Below are positions 1 to 12,955 of a DNA stretch of 64,000 nucleotides, piece after piece (position 1 is the stretch's first letter; every line of letters begins with the position of its first letter). The notes under the pieces are model-generated. The model was not told the DNA's origin, did not search any database, and saw only the letters and a list, made by a program, of their open reading frames with translations. A program made the position numbers and the translations under genes. Source of the DNA: Okamejei kenojei (Eukaryota); NCBI GenBank assembly GCA_035221665.1, contig CM069137.1, positions 25,420,001 to 25,484,000 on the forward strand, in the 5' to 3' direction.

Positions 1-238
1 AGACTCTCCGCTTTCCATTTGGCGACATCTCCGACTCCGCTAAACCTTGATAACTTTTACTATATACTACCGATCAGAATGAAACTATATACTACCGATC
101 AGAATGAATGCACTCACAGCATGGGAGAACATTGAGTGAGCTGACGAAAATCGTAGGGCTATCGCGTAATGTTTTTTCGCAAATAGTAAAACCAAGCAAA
201 CCGGGAGAACACAAGAGCAGAGTTTTAGTTATGTATAG
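1..238. repeat. CpG-richer repeat fragment cut by window start, containing a 25-bp tandem duplication (59-83, 84-108)
   Basis: actatatactaccgatcagaatgaa occurs twice in tandem; CpG density is above the flanks. Family not identified. Confidence 0.4.
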
Positions 239-244
239 ATGTTT

Positions 245-560
245 AAAGAGTCATAGAATGTGAAAACATGCCCATCAACCCAACTTACACACACCGACCA
301 ACATGTTCCCTCAACACTAGTCCCACCTGCCTGTGTTTGGCCCATATCTCGCCAAACCTGTCCTATCCATGTAATTGTCTAATTATTTCTTAAACGTTGT
401 AATAGTCCCTGCCTCAAATACCTCCTCTGACAGCTCGTTCCATACACCCATCACCCTTTGCGTGAAGAAGTTACACTTCAGATTCCTATTAAATATTTCC
501 CCCTTCACCTTCAACCTATGTCCTCTCTGGTTCTCTATTCCCCTACTTTGGGCAAGAGAC
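245..560 (-). mobile_element. CR1 LINE 3' fragment
   Basis: ORF 383..580(-) RGHRLKV...NFFTQRVMGVWNEL is the CR1 ORF2 C-terminus, followed by 3' UTR. Confidence 0.85.
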
Positions 561-1361
561 CTTGATGTTATACTTAGCACTATTTTTTATCCAGCCTGAT
601 TTTCAAATGCATTATTGATCTGTTTATTTGGATACCTCTGGTTAGACATATCCCCAACAAAACAGTATAGCTGGTGTCAAAATTGTGGATAAACGTTGAA
701 TATATTTTCATGTAATAATATTCACTGTTAAAGGGGAGGCAATTGAAAATAACTAAATCATGAGTTTGCATTTATATCAGTTTTATAATAATCTGGAAAG
801 TACAGTTGTGCTTTCTGATGGACATGCAGTGCAAGGTTTGGGAGTTACAGATCTTCATTTTTCATGTTGTTCAATATTTTCTAGGAAGCTCTGCCTTGGT
901 TGTTGCACTGTAGCTGTTACAGCAAATTACTTGAGGCAGGAAAGCAATAGAATCAGTAGAAGTGAAGACAAAAATGTGCATCTACAAACAAGAAGTGAAG
1001 TTAAGATTGAAACTGATAGTTTGAAGATTAAGCTAGGCCATTTGTTTAATTCCTTATTGGCAGAATTAGACAGGTTCATACATCTGAGCTCTGACATATT
1101 GAGTCTCACAGTTGTCACAGAAGCTGAGATATGCCCTCTTTCCTGTCCCTTTTGTAAGTGCTGAATGTTGCTGAGGTCCATTTGATTTTTGATTGTGCTT
1201 ATTAGAGAGAAGTGTGAAGTTTTTTCATCATGTTCATATTAGTTCAGACAATTTCAAATCTATGTGGATTCCGTGCAACACTCAAATGAACAGAGTTCGT
1301 GGTATTAATGACTACTGTGAGAATCAATGTTACTTCATATTTGGAACTGTAATCTTCACTT

Positions 1362-1615
1362 AGAAAGGAGATGAGAAGGAATTTATTTAGTCAGATGGTA
1401 GTGAATCTGTGGAATTCATTGCCACAGATGGCTGTGGCGGCCGTCAATAGATATTTTTATGGTGGAGATTGACAAATTCTTGATTAGTGAGGGGGTTATT
1501 GGGGGGAAGGCAGGAGATTGGGGTTGAGAGGGAAATCTAGATCAGATATGATTGAATGGCAGAGTAGATTTGATGCCGAATGGCCGTATTCTGCTCCTAG
1601 ATCTTATGAACATGA
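1362..1615 (+). mobile_element. CR1 LINE 3' fragment
   Basis: gtgaatctgtggaattcattgccacag and a 3' UTR homologous to 60700-60950. Confidence 0.8.
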
Positions 1616-1777
1616 TTGATTGAAAGATTCAGCATGGAAACACGCCCATCGGCCCACCAACTCTACATCAATCATCCATTACCCATTCACACTAATTCTA
1701 TATTATCCTACTTTTGGATCCATGACCTGCACATCAGAGGCTCCGTCAGTTTCCTTCCTATGCCACCCCTCTTTCGG

Positions 1778-1985
1778 AGGCACAGTGGTGCAGCAGGAGA
1801 GTTGCTGCCTTACTACGCCAGAGACCCAGGTTTCATTCTGACTATGGGTGCATGCTGTATGGAATTTGTAAGTTCTCTCTGGGTGCTCCAGTTTCCTCTC
1901 ACATTTCAAAGATGTTTGGGTTTGTAAACTAATTGTCTTCTGTAAACTGTCCCTAGTGAAGGGTAGAACTGGTGTACGGGTGACG
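1778..1985 (+). mobile_element. tRNA-derived V-SINE (HE1-like)
   Basis: A-box-like ggcacagtggtgcagc, B-box-like ggtttcattct, and V-domain ...gggtgctccagtttcctctcaca. Confidence 0.75.
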
Positions 1986-2084
1986 TACTTAAGTCAAATC
2001 TTTCCCCTTTCACCTTAATTATGTGGCCTCTCATTCTTGATTTCCATACTCTGGGTAAGATACTCTTTGCATTGTTCTTAAGTT

Positions 2085-2800
2085 TTAGGAGCAGAATTAG
2101 CCAATTCGCCCATCAAGCCTACACTGCCATTCAATCATGGCTAATCATTTTTCCCTCTCAACCCCATTCAAATTTCAATGAGATCCCCGCTTATATCCTT
2201 CTAAATTCCAGTGATTACAGGCCCAGAGCCATCGTACACTAATCTAATCATCCCTGGGATCATTCTTGTAAACATCCTCTGGATCCTCTCCAATGTCAGC
2301 ACATCCTTCCTCATATATGGGGCACATAACTGCTCACAAAACTCCAAATGCAGTCTGACCAGTGCCTTTATAAACCCTCAGCATTACATCCCTGCTCTTA
2401 CATTCTCGTCCTTTCGAAATTCTCGTAGCATTTGCCTTCCTTACTACGAATTCAACCCACAAATAGCTTTTTGGGAATCCTGCCCCTGCACTCACAAGTC
2501 CTTTTGCACCTCTGATTTCTGAATTCTCTCCCCATTTAGAAAATAGTCCACACCTTTATTTCTACTACCAAAATGTGCAGTCCGCACTCTTTGCTATGCC
2601 GTGTTACATCTGCCACTTCTTTGCCCACTATCCTCTATTCTATTTTTCTGCACTACCTGCCCCTCCAACTATCTTTGAATCATCTGCAAACTTGGCCACA
2701 AACTCATCAATTTAATCATCCAAATCATTAACATACAACGTGAAAAGTAGCAGGCGCAATATCGATCTCTGCAGAATATCTATAGTCCCTGGCAGCTAAC
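2085..2800 (-). mobile_element. CR1 LINE fragment, internally deleted
   Basis: Reverse-complement similarity to the RT/3' region of the 57450-60953 copy (e.g. catctgcaaacttgg = KFADD). Confidence 0.75.
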
Positions 2801-2814
2801 CAGAAAAAAAGCCT

Positions 2815-3830
2815 TGTCTATTTATCCTATCTATTCCCCTCATGATCTTATATACGTCTATAAGATAGATCACCCCTCATCCTCCTGTGCTCCAAGGAAT
2901 ACAGTCCTAGCATGCCCAACCTCTCACTGTAGCTTAGGCCCTCAAGTTCTGACAGCATCCTCGTAAATGTTCTCTGCATTATTTCCAGCTATATACTTCC
3001 TATAGCTGGATGAGCAAAACCGAACACAATACTCCAAATGCTGCCAACACTTGTAAAATTGTAACATACCGTCCCATCTTCTGTACTCAATACCCTGACT
3101 GATGAAGACCAATGTACTGAAAGACTTCTTGACTACCCCATCTACCTGAGATGCCACTATCAAGGAAATATTTACATGCACTCCTGGATCTCTCTGCTCC
3201 ACATACTGCCCAGGGTCCTGACATTTATGCCCCGTCCCACTTAGGAAACCTGAACGGAAACCTCTGGAGACTTTGCGCCCCACCCAAGGTTTCCGTCCGG
3301 TTCCCGGAGGTTTTTGTCAGTCTCCCTAATGGTCGAAAGTGGTTTCCACTTCTTCTATGAACTGGCGATTATTTCAAAAAATTCAAAACTGGCCAAGACT
3401 AAAAATAGGTTGCCGTTTGAAAAATCGGTAATTTTTTAGTCGAAGCCAGTTGCGATGCTAGTTGAAGTTCTTTTTTTCTTTAAGACCTTTTTTTTCACCC
3501 AGTTTTATTCCACCAGGGAGGTCTTACCTTCCACTACCTGCAACCTCTTTCAACTAGCATCGCAACCGGCTTCGACTAAAAAATTACCGAGTTTTAAAAC
3601 GGCAACCTATTTTTAGTTGTGGCTGGTTTTGAATATTTTGAAATTATCGCCAGAACTTAGAAGAAGCGGAAACCACTTTCGACCATTAGAGAGACTGACA
3701 AAAACCTCCAGGAACCTCTGGGAACCGCACGGAAACCTTGGGTGGGGTGCAAAGTCTCCAGAGGTTTCCGTTCAGGTTTCCTAAGTGGGACAGGGACATT
3801 ACTGTAAAGGTCCTGCACTGGTTTGACCTC
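2815..3830 (-). mobile_element. CR1 LINE fragment interrupted by a MITE
   Basis: ORF 2942..3283(-) QRDPGVHV...GIEYR...HLEYCV. Host sequence resumes after the TTA duplication at 3799-3801. Confidence 0.8.
3228..3798. mobile_element. PIF/Harbinger-type MITE, long foldback
   Basis: Ends tgccccgtcccactta / taagtgggacagggaca; about 240-bp inverted arms (3228-3467 vs 3549-3798); TTA duplicated at 3225-3227 and 3799-3801. Confidence 0.85.
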
Positions 3831-4879
3831 GCACTGTTCATGTTTTGGTTCATTAAAAGTAAATGTGAGCAAGCAAATGGCAGGAAAGGTGAGTACGGGG
3901 AGAGGACTTGTTCTCAAACAATCAGGCCCATTGTACAATTTAACAGGGAAAGTTTAATTGTATGACTGTTCATGCTAAATTTAATCTTACATTGACTTGT
4001 TAGATAACAATTCCATTCCATGGCAACTTGAGGAGCACAAAGATATTCAAAATAAAATACAGACTTCAAAGGATTTTAATATTTGAGAGTTGCAATCATT
4101 TAATTGCCTGTAGTGATAATGCAGAAAATTAACTCTCTTCAAACACTCTGTAACGCATAGGACCTGATAAACTTCTCTCTTAACTTCAGTTGAAATGAAA
4201 ATTAGGCAATGTGTCTGAAGAAAAAAAAGCACATCTTTCCACTTTAGACCACTGCAAAAGCTACATTTCAATTGTACTGTTTAAAATATGCAATCTGTGA
4301 GTTCTTCAATGGATTCATATGACAGGCGCTTTCTCAAACAGTTTAAGGATGTTATCTTTCCCACTTGCCTATTTCCTTTAGATCCATCAACCCCATCCAA
4401 AACATTCCTATGCAAGGAAGAAATGCTTTTGAAAAATTACTTTCTCAGATTAGATGAATTTATGTTGGGCTAATTAGTAAAGTCATGGACTGCAACCTTT
4501 CTTATAACACATGAAATGAATTGTTAACGTCACAAACTAAATTATCCATGTTTTTAATGCCGTGAATTGATTTGTGCACAATCATGCTCGAAATGATGCC
4601 CTCCAGAATAAATAGATACCTTGGTCAGCTTTTCTACCTGTTTCATCATAGATTCGGAATTGTGCAGTACAAAAACAATCCTTTTCGCCCACCACATTCA
4701 TTAACACTAATGCGGTTTGCCTGCATTAGGTCCACGTCCCTCTATGCCTTCCGTCTTTAAGTGCCAGTCTCAATGCCTCTTAAACATGATCATTGTAAAA
4801 AACTCCACAACCTCCTCTGGCAGGTATCAACCACTCTGTTGTAAAAAAATACACCCGCTCAACATAACATAGAACTAAT

Positions 4880-5311
4880 TAGTAGGCCCCCCTAAGTCAT
4901 GACTGACCATGGGTGATGCATCCTGGTCGGATGCAAGCCTGGGCGATGTCATATGGAAGACAGGCTGTTGCCCATGCAGCACATCCCCCCTCTCCACGTC
5001 GCTGATCGATCCAAAGGAACAGCAGGGCCGTTACAGTTTGGCACCAGTGCCATCGCAGGAGCTGCCTGAGCGAGGTTGTAGACAACGACGAACTGCCTTA
5101 GGGGCTCCGGCTCCGGATATTCTTGAGGTTTACTCCTGGAGTCTTTTCCATGACTGGATATGGCCACAAGGCAGTGGAGGTTTTAAATCAGAGTTTTCAT
5201 TCTCCTAGATGGACTGCCTTCCCAGGCTGACGAGCCCCACCTGCCCGGGACTCGTGGGGGTGGGAGCGTCCACCTTCCTGTGCAGGTCTATAGCACCTGC
5301 CAACTGCCCAA
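4880..5311 (-). mobile_element. Short non-autonomous RTE-related retroposon
   Basis: 11-bp TSD atagaactaat (4869-4879, 5312-5322); GC-rich body; minus-strand motif CTAGGAGAATGAAAACTCTGATTTAAAACC resembles RTE 5' UTR motifs (recalled). Confidence 0.65.
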
Positions 5312-6887
5312 ATAGAACTAATAATCACTAATTAATTAAAGAAAATGTGCCAGGATAGGCTGAACATTCTTAATATAAACAGCCAGACAAAATATATGAC
5401 TTAAATCTGAATTATGGCCAGAGTGGAGTTGATACTCAATTGCATGCACATCCTGTGTGAATTATTTTCAAAACCTCAGTCACTTTGATGGTTTAAAATA
5501 TTGAGCAACTATCTGAAATTTTAAAATAAAATCGAACACAGTTTAATTGTTCAAGAGTTACATTCTACAATGTTTTAAATTTGTGACAAGTATGCATTTT
5601 AAAAGATTTCCCATGCAAAGTTTTCCTCAAACATTTGCAAGTGTCGATAGACATATATATATTTTTTAATTGGTTACAGATACCAAATGACATAAGGAGT
5701 TTGCAATATATTTTTGTCCCTTGAGAGTTATTTAAGCACTATGCTGGACGTATATGGATCAGAAACACAATTCTGAATTCAAATTGTGTATGAGTTGAAG
5801 CATTATTCAGTTATGGTCTTTTGTTTGGTTTCTGTCCAGGATCAAGATGTAAGCTTGTTTTTGGTATTTGAAGAGACATGTATTGATCAATTGAGTGGTC
5901 CTTTGTGACTTTGGTAAAATTAAGTTTAATGTTGTTGTCTTTTACAGAGGAGACCAGCAAGTGTGATACAGGCCTGTTGGGAAAAGATTTTGTGCTTGGC
6001 GGGGACTGTAGTTAATGAGTGCACCCTGACTCCAGCCAGTAACTGAGACAAAGTATAATGTGGGATGGAAGTGTTCTACTGTGTTGTTTGTCTCAGCTTA
6101 ACAGGACCAGCAATCGATTGGAATAAGGACTCCAGCTCTTGCATCGGGCTCCTTTGGTAATGCAATCAATCACCCCAACCATTTAAATTTTAATTCCCCT
6201 TGAGGCCCTTAAACAATGCTATACACAAGCATTCCTTTTACTCAGCAATGCCAAATGGCAAGGAAAAAGCTAAACTCTCTTGTAGTTTGAGATTCTTGTT
6301 GCTTAATAACTCAGGACATTGTTGATGGGGTAAACATTGTATTGACTATTTCCCATATTTGAAAGACATCACAAGATGTTTACACAAACCAACAGTTTTA
6401 TAGATGTCCATAGGATCTAGTCCTACCTCTGAAATTTACTCTGAAATTTACTTGAATTAATTGACGGACAATGGTTTGAGCATTCCCAGGAGAAATATTT
6501 TAGTATATTGAGACTGCATATTCTGGAATCTGGAAACAATTGCTGGAAACAATTGAAAATTTGTTGTTGGGATAGTCAAAATCCATGATCTTTACAACTT
6601 TTCGTAATATAAAGTGGAGCTGTTCTGTTTAAATCAGTGTGTTTGAACATTTAAGAAGTAAAATTAATGAAAGAAAGTAAATCAGCCCAGCTTTTCAACA
6701 AAGTGCGTAAATTAAGTCAAGTTAAGGAAAGGAAACAGCTATAGAATATTGCAGATAACTCCTGAATTTGAGGAGTTGTGCCAGAATATCTCATCCTAAA
6801 GAGGTTATTCAACTTCTGCAAAGTGAACCAGGGTGTTCTAATTGGAAGTAATGTGATAAAACCTCCAGAACCCAATTGGAAGTAATG

Positions 6888-7018
6888 NNNNNNNNNNNNN
6901 NNNNNNNNNNNNNNNNNNNNNNNNNNNNNNNNNNNNNNNNNNNNNNNNNNNNNNNNNNNNNNNNNNNNNNNNNNNNNNNNNNNNNNNNNNNNNNNNNNNN
7001 NNNNNNNNNNNNNNNNNN
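6888..7018. other. Assembly gap (131 N)
   Basis: Run of N; preceded by a repeated aattggaagtaatg (6840-6853, 6874-6887). Confidence 0.99.
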
Positions 7019-9399
7019 CATCTCTGAAACTGAATTAAGATGCAAGAGCTAACTTAACTATGAGCTCAACAATAAACAGTGGAGGCTGGCAACACACACT
7101 CTTCCATGGTTTCTAGTTAGTTATGCATTTTCCAAAATATAATTTTATATTCTTTACATTTAATTTATATGATTATTTTTGTGGATATCTTTCTAAAGGT
7201 TAAACTTCTGAGATCACAGATTTTCAGCATATCAGCAAAAGCAGTTACAATTTTTAGCTATGTTTATTTGAAACTCTGTATGTGATAGACCTTAGAAATT
7301 GATTAATTATAATGTTACAATACACTGAAAGATGTTAAATGGGACAGATATTTGCCACTGACTTCAATGGAATAAATTTCAGAACTGGAGTTCCTGTTTG
7401 CATTGTACGTGTTACTACAGCAATACTAATGCACAGAATAAAGTTGAAAATCTACTCTGGTTTATTTATCCATTCATAGGCTATCATTCAGCTGACTGAT
7501 TTGATAATATTATCAAATGAGTGGACAGAATATATTTAATTTATAATGAAAACAAATATAGAAAGTCTATTCAGTTGGATTTTCATTGTGTTTCTTACTT
7601 AGGTCTCATTAAGACTTTTTCAAACAATTCAAATGCAGAATAATAGCTGATGTTAATATTTTTGTTCTTTGTTGTGCTAGTGATATTATCACGAAGACTG
7701 CCTCACTGAAGTCACTGCACCAAATAATATGAATGTCTAAAATCAGTGTATACAAATTTATAGCACTAATATTATTCCCTCTTTTTGCTTTATTTGCAAT
7801 AGTGACCGTGACTCTGGCATTGCTGATAAAGTTGCTGTGCAGTATATAAAAAGACGACCATGGTAAAGGTCATTGGCACTTTCTTGATTTGCCGATCATA
7901 TAGGAATTCTGAACTTTAATTGGGCATGTATGGTTCTGCTAAATATGTTTTTAAATATTTCATTGTGGTCTCATCCTGGTTCTTTTGTTATAATCCATTC
8001 TGCACAATAATGACAAATATTATTTCTTCTAACCGTGACTGTTTTCTTGATAAATCCAAAATTTCAGTATTTGCTTTAGAATAATAAATTCAACACAGGG
8101 TGGATACATTGGGATCATGATGTTCCACATCTAATCTACCATGAGAGCACTGTTCTAAACCCTGTACAAACATTAGCAGCTGCTATAGTTCCATGTTTCA
8201 CATCCTCCTCTTTCCTCCACACCAAACCTGTGAATCTTCACCTCCAGCCCTGCACCAACATACAACCTGGCCAAGTATGACAGCTACTAATAGACAAGCT
8301 GATATCTTTGGCCTTTTAAACGAGCCTCAATAGTACCAATCGTTATCTACAGGCCACATTTGGATCACGTTGCGTACCAGCTGTGATGTCGGGCCAGGTT
8401 GCAAGTCGGTGCAGTGCTGAAGATGAAGAATCACAGGCTTATTAACCATTTCACGCCAGAAAGTATCATAATGTGAATTCCTCCCTCAAAATTCCTACTA
8501 TGTTAAAAATGTGTTCGGGCGTGACCAAAATTATGTCTTTCCAGAGAGCAGAAAAATCTAAACATCCATTCTGATGCTTAGAATTGAAAATGACTCAAAT
8601 ATTTTCAAGGAACATAGCCATATAATGTATTCAGTAAATCCATTTTAGATTTAGATTATGCAAATATGATCAATTAATTATTAGCATATGATGAAATTCA
8701 AATGAAAATAATGGTCAGCTCTGTTGGCCTAGCTTGTTCCACACCCCTCAATGTCAGGCTTTCATTAAAAATCTTAGTTTGTTTTGGTGTATGCAATATT
8801 GTCAACAATGATAATTTTTGCAGGTCTGTTGTAATTCAGCGGACAAGCAATACACATGAGGACATATTAATTGTCTTACAGGGTGCACCTCTTGGTTATA
8901 TTTTACTCATGTTTAAAGATTTGGAGGGGTAAAAGGCAACAGATCTGTTTTGTGAAGAAGAGTTACTGATTTTTGGTTACTTCTGTATTTTTTAAATTAA
9001 ATCACAACCATTGTAATGTTTTTTTTTTTAATTTCCACTCTTTTCACCACTTCATGTTCTTTTGGTCATTATTGCTCATATCAAACAAGTAAGCAATTAC
9101 ATTTGAGTCCCTCTAAATAGTTAGGCACATTAGAATGCTTGATAAATCTCTTCTCACTGAGTGGGAAGAAGCTATACTTCATACTGCCTGAATATCTCAA
9201 TGAGTATCTTTTCAAATATTTCCAACTGAACTGTTCATTAGCTGCAAGTTTCAGCATGGGTCAGTTTCTGTCATTTAGTAGAACCATATATGGAGCATGG
9301 AAACAGACCTTTGGGCCAGCATTTCTGTGCTGACCATCATGCATTAATTTGCCCAAATCCTAAATATATCCCATTTTATTTTCACCCTCATTCTCTTCA

Positions 9400-9620
9400 G
9401 CTCCAAACAGATTCTACCAAGCACCTTGTTCATTAGTGTCAATTTACAGAAGCCAATTCATTCACCAATGCATACATCTTTTTGAGGTTGGTGGAAACAG
9501 GAGCATCTGCAGGAATTCAACATTGTCGCACAAGAATGTGTACAGTTCACACGGACAGCACCAGAGGTCAGGATTGAACCCTGGAAACTGGAGCTGTGGG
9601 GCAGCAACTCTACTGGCAGT
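9400..9620 (-). mobile_element. Degenerate V-SINE
   Basis: ggtcaggattgaaccct...ggcagcaactctac is the reverse complement of the SINE head. Confidence 0.6.
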
Positions 9621-11244
9621 TCTATTGGCAAATATGAAAGTTGCCTGCTCTCAGAAGCATAATCTTAATTTGAGAGTTTTGTAAATCTTACATAAAGAAG
9701 GTTCATACTGGGAAGCCAATTCTGGGCTGATTGAGTACAATAAGCACAGTGCAGATGGATGGAGACTCAAGAGACAGCAGATGTTGGAATCTTGGGTAAA
9801 GAACAAAGTGCAGAAGGAACTTTACAGGTGGTGGAAAATGGACAGACATTGCTTTGAATCAGGATCCTTTCCCAAACTGTTAGATTTTTTTTTGAGGGGG
9901 GCTGGTGCTGTATTATAATCATCCCTTATGTATCCTTTCTACTCTGATTCCACACCATGCACTGCCAACTATTCAGGTGGGATAATCTAAATGCCTTGCA
10001 TATAACTCACTGACACTTGCAGGACAAGGTTATATATAACTGTTAACCTGGCACTTGTGTACCTCTAACCCTCATGCTGAAAGCAGTGCTTGGTCATCAC
10101 TGGACTTGTACAAGATATTAGTAAATGAGCTTCCAGGTGGTGTTAAAACTGATGCAAGTAATTATCACACTATGATTTAGAAAGTGGGAAATAGACAAAC
10201 TGGTATTTAATGGTTTTCTTCCCTTCTTGTCCCACAACATGTTCAATCCCTTTAATTTTCCCCCATGAAGGAGACATTGATATATGTTAATTGAGGAGCT
10301 GTATCTGACTTAAAAACTTTGAAAATTATTTGATATTCCATTTTACTTGATGTATTTTTGCTTCTGGAGTTCTGTCCTGTGTTTACATTCTGCTCTGACC
10401 TTGACTACAAATCAACCTCGTCTTACTCCATTATTAGGTTTCTTTGTTTATTGAGATTTGCAAACATGTACTGTGGCAGTAGAGTAAAGCACTTTAAATC
10501 TGTTGACTGACTGTTGTACTCGATGATAATCTCAGTGCATTCACTTCACTGGCTTCCTTTAAAGGTGGCAAAATCCCATGAAGAGATGGCATAATTCCCT
10601 GTCTAACAAGCTCAGAGACTTAAGGACTATTACTGCTACACATGCCAAAGTTAATAACCATTCAATAAGCATCCTAACATTTCATTGCATACCCAGTGAG
10701 TGAGGACATTATAAGTACAATGTTTAAAGATTAACAGATTCTTATTCTAATATTCCATTAATCCAAATATTGATTTATATTGCACAAATTGCATTCAAGT
10801 CAGTGTTCCAAATTCCTAAAAACTGTTGCCCAAATATTTGTGTCAAAGTTTTGCACAGAAAAGATCATCAATCACTTTCCTACATTAAACTCAGATTTTA
10901 TTTCTGATTATTAAGTTAAGGAATTTGAACTGTTGGATGAGTTTAAAAAAAAATCAATGAGGAGTGAATGCAATATCCAGTAAGTTAATCAACGCAGATG
11001 GTGGCATTGACTGTTCATTGGAACCAATCAAAATGTTTATCTGAGCAAGTTGCCTGAGCACTTCAAATCCAATTCTGAATACCATGCTCTTTCCTAGTTT
11101 TGTGTAGGGAAAAGCACTCAGTTCAGCAGTGACACCTACACTAAAGTGTCTGTGGAGATGATGATGATGATCTGCACCACCCTCAGCTATGTCATTGGTC
11201 GTTGTTGCATATTCTAATCATTATCCAGCGGATTTCATTGTCTT

Positions 11245-11494
11245 TACTTTAGACTTTAGAATTTAGAGAAACAGTGCGGCAACAGTACCCTACACATTAG
11301 GGACAATTTACAATTTTACCGAAGCCAATTAACCTTATGTCTTTGGAGTGTGTGACGAACCTGGTACACCAGGAGAAAAACCACGTGGTCACAAAGAGAA
11401 CATACAAACTCTGTACAGTACAGCACCCATAGCCAGGATCAAACCCGGGTCTTTGATGTCGTAAGGCAGCACTCTACCACTGCACCGCTGTGCC
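11245..11494 (-). mobile_element. V-SINE (HE1-like)
   Basis: caggatcaaacccgggtc...gtaaggcagcactctaccactgcaccgctgtgcc head and (cttta)n-like tail. Confidence 0.85.
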
Positions 11495-11913
11495 AAGTCT
11501 ATTATTATGTACACCAGTAAAGTGAGATACAGGTATAATGAAACTCTTGCTTGCAGCAGCATCACAGGCACGCAGTCTCAAACAAACATGCAAAAACATA
11601 AGGGTACACAAAAGGCTGGAGAAACTCAGCGGGTGCAGCAGCGAAGGAGATAGGACATAAATTGTCCACAAATTAAATATACAAATATTAAAAGGCCTGT
11701 TAGAACAGAATTTGGCTAAATCATTTAGTTTATTTAATACTAATAATAAACCAATAGAAATGCCAAAAATATTACATGTAAAGTTCTGCAAAAAAGCAAA
11801 AAGAAAGATGATTTCAGAAAATAATATGTTAGTGCAAAACACAATTGGAAAAAAGAGCAGTCCACGGCAGTGCATGAGGTCGTTCAACCCCAGGTGGGAA
11901 AATCCACAGAACT

Positions 11914-12177
11914 GAGATGAAGAAAAACCTTTTCACCCAGAGAGTTGTGAATCTGTGGAATTCTCAGTCGCAGAAGGCAGTGGAGGCCAATTCACTAAAT
12001 GTTTTCAAGAGAGAGTTAGATTTAGCTCTTAGGGCTAATGGAATCAATAGATATGGGAAAAAAGCACGGAACAGGGTACTGATTATGGATGATCAGCCAT
12101 GATCATGTTGAATGGCGGTGCTGGCTCGAAGGGCTGAATGGCATGCTCCTGCACCTATTGTCTATGTCTATGTTTCT
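11914..12177 (+). mobile_element. CR1 LINE 3' fragment
   Basis: ORF MKKNLFTQRVVNLWNS...; tail tctatgtctatgtttct. Confidence 0.9.
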
Positions 12178-12589
12178 AAAACTTACCCACCATGGTATAT
12201 GTTGCCAAATAGTTGCATGAAATTCCCACACATTCAGGTACCCTTCTAAACTGCCAAACAAATCCCAATTGTTCGTACATTTTAAAACTCAACTTCTTAA
12301 ATAAATAGTCAGTACCCATAATTGATCATAATTGAAATTAAGTTCTAAATTTGTCAAATTAACGACCTAGCAAAATGCTTTGGTTTTTTAATTCACAGCT
12401 TTGTTTCTATTACTGTGTGAGAGATTTAACGGGCCTACACTTGGTTTTGATATCATGGTCATCAATGTAGATTGAAGCAAGGCCTTCAAGTAACTAATCT
12501 TGCAAGAGTCCACTGGTTCAATGCCAACATTCTGTGCTTGCAGACACTTTCAGCCAAGTCATGTTCTACCCTTTTGTTTTGCAAGATTG

Positions 12590-12955
12590 ATTCCAGGGAT
12601 TGGCAGTTGTAATAGGAAAATAGATGAGGCAGCTAAGACTGAGCTTTCTAGATCCAGGGATGACAGTCTCAGAAATGCTGGGCAGCTTTTCAGGATTGTG
12701 ATGCAAGCAAATCCATTCACTCAACGGTTAGTGAATCTTAAAAATTCTCTATCCAAGAATGTTGCGAAGTCTCATCACTGACTATAGTCCAGACAGGTAT
12801 TGAAGGATTTTGGAAATTTTGGAATCAAGGTATATGGGGTTAATACAGGATAATGTCGCTGAGATACAGTAGAAGATGAGCCATGATCTCACTGAATGGC
12901 AGAGCAACTGCAAGAAGTCTAATGGCCCACTCCTGCTATTGGTTCTTATGTACGT
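12590..12955 (+). mobile_element. Old CR1 3' fragment
   Basis: FTQRLVNLKNSL motif and degenerate 3' UTR. Confidence 0.6.

Noticed and set aside
760-1164. 134-aa ORF and the many other short ORFs in AT-rich DNA
   Set aside because: No recognisable motifs or splice context; chance ORFs or antisense shadows of TE ORFs.
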